In this document: positions 48,245 through 57,994 of the stretch, piece after piece
Position numbering within the stretch: position 1 is the first letter of the stretch
How the letters are laid out: each line of letters starts with the position of its first letter
IMG/VR virus record: IMGVR_UViG_3300045988_126619
Coordinates: 1-64,000 of that record
Strand: one strand, 5' to 3'
Length of the DNA: 64,000 bases
DNA from: a virus
The notes under the pieces: generated by a model
What the model was told of the DNA's origin: nothing
Database searches by the model: none
Seen by the model: only the letters and a program-made list of their open reading frames with translations
Translations under genes and position numbers: made by a program

Positions 48245-51122
48245 TCCCTTCTCCTTTCCTTCTAGTTCTATTATCAATTGTTTTTTCTATATTGACTTTT
48301 TTTGAACATTCATTACAATATTTTTGTCTAGGACTATTACTTTTAAACCTTTCTCCACATTCATTACATATCCTGTATCCTTTTTCTAATGACTTATAAT
48401 CAATGTTATCATTTATATTATTTATTATAGTATCACCAAATACATTAAATATAAATGTAAGATTATTTTCATGATTTAAAAAAGCATCCTTTACAATATA
48501 GTCAACCATGTCATTATAATCTATTCCTTTTTCTTTAGCATATATAATGAAAGATTCTTTTGCATCTATATATACATCTGTTTTTATATCACTTTTTGTT
48601 GTTGCATTTTCCTCTGCTTTCGCTCTTGTTCTTATCTTATCTTTAGTTTGACTTTCTATTTCTTCATATTTAGTTAATACAAAAGCTAAGTCTTTTACAT
48701 TTTTATTATGCAACAATGTTTCTAATTTAAATGTTCCAAATCCTTTCTTATAACTAAATCTTTTATATTTAACATGGTCTATACTTTTACATATTCTATC
48801 TATAACACCATTTCCTATTTCTCTACATTCATTATCTTTTTTATCTTTAGCAAATTTAAAGAAATGTGGATAATCATTATTATTCATTAACTGCTTAATA
48901 TCTTGTGGCAATCTTGGAAGTTCTAATTTTTTAGCAGAATCAATAATCCAGTTATTATATGCACATAATTTCTTTATTTCATCTTCTTTATCTTCATATC
49001 TATGTTGAGAAGTTATATTAGTAAGAGTATTAGAAACTTTACCTATATTAGATTTCTTATATACGAACTCTAATGATTTGAATATATTATTAATAGTTAA
49101 TTGTTTAGCTTCACCACCACCCATTTCATAGTACAATGGTCTAATATCTTTCATTTGTTCTTCTGCTAAATCTAACAACCATTTTTGCTTTGCATTATCC
49201 TTTACTACTAAAGCTTCATCACCATCCCAATCGCACATAAGAACTAAACTCATAAAATCTTTTGCAGAAACATATATAGCCTTAGTATTAAAGTAATTTG
49301 ATTTAGTATTACTAGCCTTATTCTTAGCCATAAACCATTCTCTACTTAAATGTGGACTTCTTAATAATGCCAATCTTTCACTATCTTTATATTCTTCAAA
49401 ATAAACTTCATTTGCTTCTAAATAATAATCTGAACCATCCCCAAATAATAAACTTGAAAAATGTATTAAATCTGGAATTATAAAAACTCTTTTTGCATTT
49501 AAATCTATTCTTCCACTTTTTGCATCTTTTCTATAGCTTGCTAAAACATCACGAACTTGATTTTTTACATATTTACTTGTAAGCATTTCTGGATATAACA
49601 TTAATGCAGTTTGGAAATTATTTTTTCTTTTATTTGATTTTGTAGCAGATAATAATTTTAATTGAGAATCCCTATCTACATGAACATCTTCTATTAATTT
49701 CTTAGTGTCGGCAGTTAAATATTCTATTTGTTCATCTGTCATATCTGTAAGAGTTTGCAACATCTGATAGTTAATATTCATATCCTTTAATCTTGGTTCA
49801 TCTTGCATACATATATTAAATGTGCAATTATATTTCTTAAAGTTTTCCTTATATTCATCCCAATCTTTATAATATTTCCATAACTTGAATTGAGATTTTG
49901 TGAATATTATTTGTATATCATCTTCTACAACATCATATTCTTTTCCATATATATCTTTTACTTTTGTAGATAAATTATTTTCTTTTATATATCTTAAATA
50001 GTTGAATGGACATACTAAACCTTTAAACCAAGGTAATCTTATTTGTGTGTTCTTTTTAAATATTTTAGTAAGACAAATTCCTGCTCCATCCATGAAATCT
50101 ATAGATATATCCATAACTTGTCTAGTTATTTCCCAATCAGTCTTATATACTGTTTTAGTTCTAACACCATTTTCATCATATACACATTTCTTTTCATCTA
50201 AAATTTTATCATCTCTGCTAATATAATCAACTTCACCTCTTATTAATGAAGAATAATCATCAACTACTATACATTTATCAATATCAAAATCTTCATATAT
50301 TTCAGATGCAGAATTGTTAAGACTTAAATAAGCACAGAACTTGTTTGCGTTCATACCTCCCATTTCATTTATTTTATCTATAGTAAGACCACACATTAAA
50401 TGTTTTTCTGTAGTTTCCCATAAATCTTCTTTAATCATCATGAATTTCTTTTGTCTAGTTTGTCCTGCTCCTGCTGTAAAGAATTTATATCTATATTCAT
50501 TACTAGATATTAATTCTCCTGTTTCTTCATCTATTTTTTCATCAACTATAGTAATACCATTTTTAATTACTTGTTCTGTAATTATCATATCAGTATTTCC
50601 TACTTCCATTACTATAAAATCTAATGTTGGTTTATTTTCATCAGCTAATTCTAATCCCAATTCTTGTTTTCTAGCTTTTATAGTTCTTATTGTAGCGTTA
50701 TCAAAAAATGTTATTTCATTCTTTATTCTAAAATCTTTAGTATATACAGTTCTGAATTTATTTTTCTTAATCTCTTCCTTTATTTTATGTGTCACGTCTG
50801 CATATTCTTCTTTTACTTCGCTATATACTAAAGTTTCTTCTGTAATAATAGTTTCTTTTTTACCATTAATCCATTTAATAGTATCAATTTCAATAGTAGT
50901 AGGAACTTCTTCTAATTTTTTCATATATTCTTTACGTTCTTCTGTAGAAATTTCTTCTCCTAAATCCTCATTTACAATTTCTTTATGTTTCTTTTTTAAT
51001 AAATAAGTTCTGTGATTTAATTGATATTGTAAATTATATAATTCTTTTTCATATTCAGTTTTTGTTAATCCTAATCCAATAGAATATAATTTTGTTTGTT
51101 TATTCATAGCCATATTTTTCAT
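48234..51122 (-). CDS. YonO-like single-subunit two-barrel RNA polymerase (RdRP/beta-prime-like DbDGD motif) with a C-terminal zinc ribbon.
   Basis: 962 aa. Contains LLRSPHLS, then CDWDGDEALVV (plus 49218-49232), resembling the DxDGD catalytic loop. C-terminal CNECG...CNEC. Confidence 0.55.
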   Translation of the reverse strand: MKNMAMNKQTKLYSIGLGLTKTEYEKELYNLQYQLNHRTYLLKKKHKEIVNEDLGEEISTEERKEYMKKLEEVPTTIEIDTIKWINGKKETIITEETLVYSEVKEEYADVTHKIKEEIKKNKFRTVYTKDFRIKNEITFFDNATIRTIKARKQELGLELADENKPTLDFIVMEVGNTDMIITEQVIKNGITIVDEKIDEETGELISSNEYRYKFFTAGAGQTRQKKFMMIKEDLWETTEKHLMCGLTIDKINEMGGMNANKFCAYLSLNNSASEIYEDFDIDKCIVVDDYSSLIRGEVDYISRDDKILDEKKCVYDENGVRTKTVYKTDWEITRQVMDISIDFMDGAGICLTKIFKKNTQIRLPWFKGLVCPFNYLRYIKENNLSTKVKDIYGKEYDVVEDDIQIIFTKSQFKLWKYYKDWDEYKENFKKYNCTFNICMQDEPRLKDMNINYQMLQTLTDMTDEQIEYLTADTKKLIEDVHVDRDSQLKLLSATKSNKRKNNFQTALMLYPEMLTSKYVKNQVRDVLASYRKDAKSGRIDLNAKRVFIIPDLIHFSSLLFGDGSDYYLEANEVYFEEYKDSERLALLRSPHLSREWFMAKNKASNTKSNYFNTKAIYVSAKDFMSLVLMCDWDGDEALVVKDNAKQKWLLDLAEEQMKDIRPLYYEMGGGEAKQLTINNIFKSLEFVYKKSNIGKVSNTLTNITSQHRYEDKEDEIKKLCAYNNWIIDSAKKLELPRLPQDIKQLMNNNDYPHFFKFAKDKKDNECREIGNGVIDRICKSIDHVKYKRFSYKKGFGTFKLETLLHNKNVKDLAFVLTKYEEIESQTKDKIRTRAKAEENATTKSDIKTDVYIDAKESFIIYAKEKGIDYNDMVDYIVKDAFLNHENNLTFIFNVFGDTIINNINDNIDYKSLEKGYRICNECGERFKSNSPRQKYCNECSKKVNIEKTIDNRTRRKGEGNEK

Positions 51123-51143
51123 ACCTCTCTCTTATCATTTATT

Positions 51144-51704
51144 TTATGTTAACATATTTTTATAATAATCAATTTGTAATAATTGTCCCCTTAATTCATT
51201 ATAAAACTTATGCAATTTTGAATTATGGTATTTAAACCATTCTTCTTTATTATCTTCTACCATAAATCTTCTCATATCTGTAGCAGATATCTTTAATTTA
51301 CTTCTTGACACAATTATTTCCGTAATATCTTTTATATCCTCTCCATCAAACCATTTGGAACGACATTCCTCATTTCCATATATCATCAATTCGGGATATT
51401 TATATATATACTGTTTTGTTTTATCAAGTAAATATCTACCCCAATCAGTACATATATCATTTTCGTGTGATATATCAGCTATAGGTTTAACTATAACATT
51501 ATCACTTGGATAAATTTCTTTTATCATTCTAATTCTTGTAGCAACGTCAAATGGATTTCTTTCTGTTCCATCTTCTTGAGAAGAACCAACTAATATTAAT
51601 ATTCTATCAGCCATATTTAAAGCTGTATTAATCAGATTTTCATGACCTTGATGAATGATTTGAAATCTTCCACATAACATTGCTATATCATAATATCTAT
51701 TCAT
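51144..51704 (-). CDS. Nicotinamide/nicotinate mononucleotide adenylyltransferase (cytidylyltransferase fold).
   Basis: GRFQIIHQGH motif at the N-terminus. The size of 186 aa fits. Confidence 0.7.
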   Translation of the reverse strand: MNRYYDIAMLCGRFQIIHQGHENLINTALNMADRILILVGSSQEDGTERNPFDVATRIRMIKEIYPSDNVIVKPIADISHENDICTDWGRYLLDKTKQYIYKYPELMIYGNEECRSKWFDGEDIKDITEIIVSRSKLKISATDMRRFMVEDNKEEWFKYHNSKLHKFYNELRGQLLQIDYYKNMLT

Positions 51705-51867
51705 ACGTTCCTCCTACTAATCTAAACATATTTCACCTAAGTTATATTGAATCGACTATTGCTGTAACTGTTCCAATTCTTTAAAATAATCCATTTCTAA
51801 AACCTCTTTTCGCATATTATTTTATTTTTTAAATTAAAATAGTTGTAAGAACCTGTCCCACAACTAT

Positions 51868-51896
51868 ATATTATCATTTATTTTATGCTTTGTCAA
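51868..51896 (-). promoter_or_regulatory. Sigma-A-type promoter TTGACA-17-TAATAT containing the conserved motif.
   Basis: Coding strand reads TTGACAaagcataaaataaatgaTAATAT, followed by hairpin ATAGTTGT..ACAACTAT. Confidence 0.5.
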
Positions 51897-51898
51897 CA

Positions 51899-52732
51899 TT
51901 ATTTTTTATAATATGCTTCAATTATTTCTTTAGGGATAAGTTCCATAGTTTCTATATAATTGATAACTTCATCAAATTTAACTATTGGAATATCATCAAA
52001 ACTTACAACATTAAAATGATTAAATACTTTGTCCTTATTTAATCTATGCTCTATACTTGTTCCGTAAATTCTTCTACCATAAAATTCACTTTCTCTTGCA
52101 ATCAACTTTTTACCATATACTTGTGTTGTTTTATTCCTTGAACCAATCATATTTTTAATATCTTCTACTGCCTTATGTGATTCTTCAACTTTTCTATTTG
52201 ATTCTTCTACAATAGTTTGTGCCTTTGATATTTCTGTACTTAAAGTAGTAACTACAGTTTGTGTAATCACAGGAACTATTGAGTTCATTACATTTACAGC
52301 TATATTTTGCATTTGCTCTGTATTAATACCTGCTACACCTTGTTCCGATACTTTTTCATCTAACTTAGCTAACCAATCTTTATATTCTGTAGCCTTTTGA
52401 TTGTGACATTCCATAGCTAATCTACTTGTCAAATATCTTGAACAGTATATTGAAGTTCTATCATCTGTGTTTTCTATTTCATCTAAAATATATGTAATTT
52501 CATTGATTAAATCCTCGTTTTCCTTTTGGTGCACATCGGTGCACTCTAATATTTTAGTTAATTTTTCAGAAACTCCTTTTGTCTTCCATCTTATTTTTAA
52601 ATTCCCATTAGTACCAATAGTGGTTAATCCTAATACTCTAGCAGAATTTGCTAAATTAATCATTTTAATTCCTTTGTCTGTTGTAATACTAATTTCTTGT
52701 CCTTCAAATAATTCTAATTGTTTTCCTACCAT
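51899..52732 (-). CDS. Possible Bro-N/KilA-N-type regulatory protein.
   Basis: The N-terminus ..ITTDKGIKMINLANSARVLGLT.. is weakly reminiscent of antirepressor N-domains. Confidence 0.3.
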   Translation of the reverse strand: MVGKQLELFEGQEISITTDKGIKMINLANSARVLGLTTIGTNGNLKIRWKTKGVSEKLTKILECTDVHQKENEDLINEITYILDEIENTDDRTSIYCSRYLTSRLAMECHNQKATEYKDWLAKLDEKVSEQGVAGINTEQMQNIAVNVMNSIVPVITQTVVTTLSTEISKAQTIVEESNRKVEESHKAVEDIKNMIGSRNKTTQVYGKKLIARESEFYGRRIYGTSIEHRLNKDKVFNHFNVVSFDDIPIVKFDEVINYIETMELIPKEIIEAYYKK

Positions 52733-52896
52733 ATTTTATCTCTGCTACTCGAAATATGGACAAATATACCCATATTGAGATTTTTTACTGTTTCTTCGTA
52801 TCTCATTTTGTTCTATAGAACTACTTTGATTTGATATAATACTCCACAGTCGTAAATTCCCGACTAGCCATCGGTACATATCTATAATCACTTATT

Positions 52897-54102
52897 TTAT
52901 GCTATATTATAGATTTTTGCATCTCTCAAATTAAGACTTGCATTATAATCTCTATCCTCAACGTACCCACATTCACATTTGTATATCCTATCACTAAGTT
53001 TTAAATCTTTCTTTATAGAACCACATTCATGACATAGTTTACTTGAAGGATAAAATCTATCAACAATTCTTAATTCAATTCCTAAAGCATTACATTTATT
53101 TGTTAACTTAGTTCTAAATTCATAAAACTTTTGTTGTGCTACTGCTTTAGATAAATGCTTATTCTTCATCATTCCTTTTACATTTAAATCTTCTATTGTA
53201 ACATAAGATGGTTTGTTTCTTATCACATCAGCTACAACTTTATTTATGTAATCAGTTCTTATATTTGTAAGTCTTTGGTGAAGTATTTGTACCTTAACTA
53301 TTTGTTTATGTATATTTTGTCTAGTAGCAACTCCTTTCTCTTTTTTATTTCTTATTTTTAAACTTTCATATTTCCTTGAGAGCTTTTTTTGTTCTCTTAA
53401 TAATTTCTTTTCTAATCTTTTAACTCTTTGAGTTTTATTTATATTTTTGTAATTTATTTTATTACTACAAATAGCAAAATCTTTAAGACCTAAATCAATA
53501 CCTACACCACAAGTATATTGCTTATTATCTATTGTTGGATTAACGTCAATAACTACTGACACATAATATCTATTAGCTTTTTTAGATACAGTTCCGCTAA
53601 CAACTTTTGCACTAACTGGAATATACCCATATTCTTTTAACCTTACATTCTTTAAAGTAGGTATCATTATTCTATGTCTGTCTACTTTCCAATCGCCTTT
53701 ATTATTTTTAGGAAAGTATATTTTAACATCAGATTTATTTTTCTTTTTAAATCTAGGAAATTTAGATTGACCTTTGAAGAATCTTTTGTATGCAGTTTCA
53801 GCATTTTGAATAGCTTTCTTTCTAGCTTTAGAACCACAATTATTTATCCATGTATATTCTTCTAAAACTTTAACTTCATTATTTATATATTTGTCAAAAT
53901 CATTAGCTGACATAAACGCTTGTTTTTTATCAATACAACCATCTTTGAATTGGTTATATAATTCATTATTTTTAGCCAAATATTCATTATACAACCATCT
54001 ACAAACTCCGATACTTTGATTAATCTTTTGTATCTGTTTTTGTGTTGGTTTTATTTCTACTTTGTAAGCTTTTAATCGCTTATCATTTATTCTGTGTTTC
54101 AT
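52897..54102 (-). CDS. tnpB: TnpB (IS605 OrfB) RNA-guided nuclease family protein.
   Basis: RuvC motifs GIDLGLKDFA, IEDLNVKGM and DRDYNASLNL. Zinc finger CHECG...CECG. The start MKHRIN has an AGAGGTGA RBS. Confidence 0.8.
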   Translation of the reverse strand: MKHRINDKRLKAYKVEIKPTQKQIQKINQSIGVCRWLYNEYLAKNNELYNQFKDGCIDKKQAFMSANDFDKYINNEVKVLEEYTWINNCGSKARKKAIQNAETAYKRFFKGQSKFPRFKKKNKSDVKIYFPKNNKGDWKVDRHRIMIPTLKNVRLKEYGYIPVSAKVVSGTVSKKANRYYVSVVIDVNPTIDNKQYTCGVGIDLGLKDFAICSNKINYKNINKTQRVKRLEKKLLREQKKLSRKYESLKIRNKKEKGVATRQNIHKQIVKVQILHQRLTNIRTDYINKVVADVIRNKPSYVTIEDLNVKGMMKNKHLSKAVAQQKFYEFRTKLTNKCNALGIELRIVDRFYPSSKLCHECGSIKKDLKLSDRIYKCECGYVEDRDYNASLNLRDAKIYNIA

Positions 54103-54124
54103 ATTAATATCACCTCTTGAGTAT

Positions 54125-54153
54125 ATATTAACACATTCAAACACATTTGTCAA
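54125..54153 (-). promoter_or_regulatory. Sigma-A-type promoter for tnpB (TTGACA-17-TAATAT).
   Basis: Coding strand reads TTGACAaatgtgtttgaatgtgtTAATAT, 20 nt upstream of the RBS. Confidence 0.55.
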
Positions 54154-54263
54154 CATTTTTATTAACTATTTTATCTCTCCTTTATAATTAATTTTATGTG
54201 GCTAGATATAATTTCTAACCACATTTATATCTTATCATTTATTTTATGTTCTATATACATTAT

Positions 54264-56072
54264 TTACATAAAATACTCCACTTCAAAATAATCATCTGTG
54301 AAAGTATTTCCTGTTCCTATTTCACATAATTCAAATGTTTCTTCTGCTCTTGTTACACCAACATAAAATGCACAAGCTTCTTCTACTATGTCTGCGTTCT
54401 TGCTAGGGAGTGTTCCATCCTCCACAGATACAAGAATAACCTTACGCCATTGTAATCCCTTAGAAGCGTGAATAGTGCGTAAACATATTTCATCTTTAGA
54501 TAATTTCTTTTTCTTTTTGCTTTGTTCAATATCTGAATATACGAATCTCAAAAATGAATCTAATGTGTTTGACTTAATGAATTTCTTAAAACTTTCCATT
54601 CCTGCTAAATGTTCATCAATACTTTCTTGTTCATCATATTTATCTTCAATAAAGGATACTATTTTGAATAATCTTTGTATCTTATTCACTAATGAATATA
54701 AATCTGTCCCATTATTGTGTAGAACTATTAAGTCTTTTATATTTTGAACAAATGTTCCTAGATTTCTTTTTACACTATAGTTACTACTTTGAAAAGTATT
54801 ACACGCTTGAAATAATGAAATATCATTTCTACTAGCATAATCAATTAATTCTCTAACTATGTTTTTTGCTATATATTTAAAAGGTTCTACTCTAATTTCC
54901 ATTAATTCTTCAATAGCGGAATCATCATTAGTATTTTGAATAAGTCTTAATATAGCTAAGAATATTCTTGATTCAGTTCTATTAAAGAATGAATTTGTCC
55001 CACTAATAGAGTAAGCAATATTTCTATTTTTTAATTCATTTTCAATTTCAAATGAACATTTATTTTTTCTATAAAGAATAGCAATTTGATTAGGTTCTAT
55101 CCCTTCTTCTAACCATTGTTGAACCTTATTTGCAACATAAACAGCTTGATAATCTACATCTATGAATGAATTTCTATTTATTGTACCATTTTCTTGATTA
55201 AAAGCTTCTGCATCTGCATATAAATCATCACAACCAAAATAATATCTTGAGAACACATTTGATTGTTCTACTATATTTTTACAAGAACGATAATTAATTT
55301 TTAATTTAACCACTTTAGCTTCTGGATATAACTTAACAAAATCCCTCATTATTGTTGGTAAACTTCCTCTAAATCCATAAAGAGATTGTTTAGTATCTCC
55401 TACCACACAAACATTACGAGAAGGGCATATAAGTTGCATAATTTTAACTTGTAAAGCGTTAGAATCTTGAAATTCATCTACCATTAAATATTTAACAGAA
55501 TATTTTCCTTCAATATCTTGAACTAATATTTGCATAGCTAATACTAACCAATCTTCAAAGTCATAACACTTATTTTCTTCCATTAAATCTTCATAAGCTT
55601 TGAAATATGCTCTTAAATTGTATTCATCATATTCACTTTCTTTTTCTGCAAAGCTATCAGAACTTGAATTATAACAATGATTTTTTTGATACCCAATCCA
55701 TGATAAAATATCCTTAACTAATATTTTATCGTCTAATCTTAAAGATTTAAACTTATTTTGAATAATATAGTTAGCAGGTGGTCTTTTATCTATATTTACC
55801 CCTTCTTGTATTAATATATTTCTACAAACACTATGGAACGTACCAACTCTAACATTATCATATCCTTTATCGCTTAATTTATTTTTTAAATCATTAGCTG
55901 ATTCATTAGTGAATGTAGTTAATAAAATATCTTCTTGATTTATACCTTGAGAAATCATATTTTCTATTCTACCTATAAGTAATGTTGATTTACCAGAACC
56001 CGCAGGTGCTGATACTATAACTGCTCCATCTATTTGATTAATTGCTTCTAATTGTTCTTTATTGAATCCCAT
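54264..56072 (-). CDS. UvrD/PcrA/Rep-type SF1 DNA helicase.
   Basis: Motifs APAGSGKST, MVDEFQDSN, VGDTKQSLYGFRG, TIHASKGLQW and YVGVTRA. Confidence 0.85.
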   Translation of the reverse strand: MGFNKEQLEAINQIDGAVIVSAPAGSGKSTLLIGRIENMISQGINQEDILLTTFTNESANDLKNKLSDKGYDNVRVGTFHSVCRNILIQEGVNIDKRPPANYIIQNKFKSLRLDDKILVKDILSWIGYQKNHCYNSSSDSFAEKESEYDEYNLRAYFKAYEDLMEENKCYDFEDWLVLAMQILVQDIEGKYSVKYLMVDEFQDSNALQVKIMQLICPSRNVCVVGDTKQSLYGFRGSLPTIMRDFVKLYPEAKVVKLKINYRSCKNIVEQSNVFSRYYFGCDDLYADAEAFNQENGTINRNSFIDVDYQAVYVANKVQQWLEEGIEPNQIAILYRKNKCSFEIENELKNRNIAYSISGTNSFFNRTESRIFLAILRLIQNTNDDSAIEELMEIRVEPFKYIAKNIVRELIDYASRNDISLFQACNTFQSSNYSVKRNLGTFVQNIKDLIVLHNNGTDLYSLVNKIQRLFKIVSFIEDKYDEQESIDEHLAGMESFKKFIKSNTLDSFLRFVYSDIEQSKKKKKLSKDEICLRTIHASKGLQWRKVILVSVEDGTLPSKNADIVEEACAFYVGVTRAEETFELCEIGTGNTFTDDYFEVEYFM

Positions 56073-56132
56073 TTTTAATACACTCTCTTTCTTGCTATCA
56101 TTTATTTTATGTGGTTAAGATATAATTCCTAA

Positions 56133-56161
56133 CCACATATATATATTATCATTTATTTTAT
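56133..56161 (-). promoter_or_regulatory. Sigma-A-type promoter TTGACA-17-TAATAT upstream of the helicase gene.
   Basis: Coding strand reads TTGACAaggaataaaataaatgaTAATAT, followed by palindrome 56099-56128 and a second motif copy. Confidence 0.55.
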
Positions 56162-56173
56162 TCCTTGTCAACC

Positions 56174-56587
56174 TTATTCATTAGATTTTTTATACCATTT
56201 ACCTTCTTTTAATATTTTCTTACATATTGATGATGTATAACAGGCACTTAATTCTTCTAGGATTTCATCTAGTAAAAAGAAATCATCAAAATTTTCTGCA
56301 TCTATAATTCCATTACATTCAACTCTATATAAATCTCTATCATCATCAATAGCATCTGTAAAGTTTCCAACATATTCTCCAATATCTGAATATAATTCAA
56401 ATGTTGTATTAATTACAAAGCTGTTATAATCCCTTAATACTTCATAACTTTCATTATCATCACTAATTATTTCTAATGTATGATTACCACTTTCAATTCC
56501 TATTCTACAACGATAAGTATATCCTTTTGGTGTTGTAGCAATTAATTCTGTTCCTACTTCTTGATTTAAAGTTTCTATTATATTCAT
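56174..56587 (-). CDS. Hypothetical protein.
   Basis: 137-aa ORF. Confidence 0.35.
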   Translation of the reverse strand: MNIIETLNQEVGTELIATTPKGYTYRCRIGIESGNHTLEIISDDNESYEVLRDYNSFVINTTFELYSDIGEYVGNFTDAIDDDRDLYRVECNGIIDAENFDDFFLLDEILEELSACYTSSICKKILKEGKWYKKSNE

Positions 56588-56600
56588 AATTTAATTCCTC

Positions 56601-57218
56601 CTAACATTGTACAAACCATTTTGCTTGTAATATTTCATTTCCATCTATAATCTGATTATCTACATCTTTAAGTTCAAAGTTTTTATCTCCATCATAAATA
56701 GATGTAACGGTATCCCATATAGATTTAATTTTATTGCCTTTAACAAATTCTGCAACAGCTTCCATAAAGCTAACTTCTTTCCAACTATCTATTTTAACAA
56801 ATTTTGCATTAACATTAGTATCTGCTAAAGTCAAAGGACAACCATAATCACCATACCACGCAAGGAATTTATTTGAATAACCATCTACACATTCAACTAT
56901 TTCAACTATTTCATCTTCCACACTACCATCTTCATTTATAATTTTGAACCTAGTACCCACTTCCATGTTTCCTGCTTCAATAATGTTAAATTCTTCTTCA
57001 AGTTCAACTAAACCATCTAACATTTCATCTGTCCAAAAACAAACGTTTTCTTCAACACTATATCCATTAAAATTATATCCTTCACCTTCTTTGTGTACCC
57101 TTGAAATAGTTACCTCTGACCAATATTGCATATGTTTAGCAAACAAAATACCACCATATTCTCTATTAACTTCTAATCCTTTTTTTACCTTAACTTTATC
57201 TCCTACTTTATACTTCAT
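56601..57218 (-). CDS. Hypothetical protein.
   Basis: 205-aa ORF. Confidence 0.35.
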   Translation of the reverse strand: MKYKVGDKVKVKKGLEVNREYGGILFAKHMQYWSEVTISRVHKEGEGYNFNGYSVEENVCFWTDEMLDGLVELEEEFNIIEAGNMEVGTRFKIINEDGSVEDEIVEIVECVDGYSNKFLAWYGDYGCPLTLADTNVNAKFVKIDSWKEVSFMEAVAEFVKGNKIKSIWDTVTSIYDGDKNFELKDVDNQIIDGNEILQAKWFVQC

Positions 57219-57335
57219 ATTAATCTCTCCTTTTTTATTTATTTATCATGATTAAATAACCATACAGCATAAAATAATACTGCTGTAGTACATATTGAAA
57301 TTACTTTTATTATGTTTTCATCCATTTAAACACCT

Positions 57336-57364
57336 CTTTTATCATTTATTTTATTTGTTGTCAA
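57336..57364 (-). promoter_or_regulatory. Sigma-A-like promoter TTGACA-17-TAAAAG containing the conserved motif.
   Basis: Coding strand reads TTGACAacaaataaaataaatgaTAAAAG. Confidence 0.4.
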
Positions 57365-57911
57365 TAATATTGAGTAATGTGATAATATCTTCAATGTCAT
57401 TCCAATTAGTACATCTAACTCCATCCCAATTTTTATTCCATTCATAATATCCAAAACAAATAGCATAATTTGCCACAGCACCACTTAAACATTCTATTTT
57501 ATCGTCTATTATAATATCACATGGAATAGCTTGTTTTTCTTCAAATCTATCCACAAACATTAACTTACAATTAGGAAAATATTTTGAAATAAATTCACTA
57601 GTTACTGGTTTTCTACTTTCTTCATGTTTACTACAGAATATAATTTCATGTTCTCCTGTTTTTGCTAATCTATTAATAGATTCTAATGCTCCATAAGTGA
57701 AATGTAAATATTTTTCATCATAGAACTTTTCATAATCGAAATACTGAAATAATTCACCTAATTCAGCTTTGTCTTTAACAATTGGATTTAAGTTCCAATC
57801 ATGATTTCTTGTATATACCAATTTATTGTTTGGATTATGGTCGTTATAAATTTTTACTAACATTTGTATACTTTCTATTATTGTTGAATCAATATCTATT
57901 ACTATCTTCAT
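57351..57911 (-). CDS. HAD-family 5'(3')-deoxyribonucleotidase-like protein.
   Basis: N-terminal IVIDIDSTI (DxDxT) motif. Size ~186 aa. Confidence 0.5.
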   Translation of the reverse strand: MKIVIDIDSTIIESIQMLVKIYNDHNPNNKLVYTRNHDWNLNPIVKDKAELGELFQYFDYEKFYDEKYLHFTYGALESINRLAKTGEHEIIFCSKHEESRKPVTSEFISKYFPNCKLMFVDRFEEKQAIPCDIIIDDKIECLSGAVANYAICFGYYEWNKNWDGVRCTNWNDIEDIITLLNIIDNK

Positions 57912-57945
57912 TTGTATCTCTCCTTCATATTTAACTTACAAATTT

Positions 57946-57974
57946 ATTATATCATTTATTTTATGTCTTTGCAA
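57946..57974 (-). promoter_or_regulatory. Sigma-A-type promoter TTGCAA-17-TATAAT containing the conserved motif.
   Basis: Coding strand reads TTGCAAagacataaaataaatgaTATAAT. Confidence 0.5.
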
Positions 57975-57994
57975 CATTTTATTTAATTAAATTT

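Larger units (their letters stand above)
52745..54230 (-). mobile_element. IS200/IS605-family TnpB-only element (IS1341-like). Boundaries are approximate.
   Basis: A tnpB ORF with its own promoter, an upstream palindrome (54196-54224) and a GC-rich downstream hairpin region (52840-52896). Confidence 0.5.
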
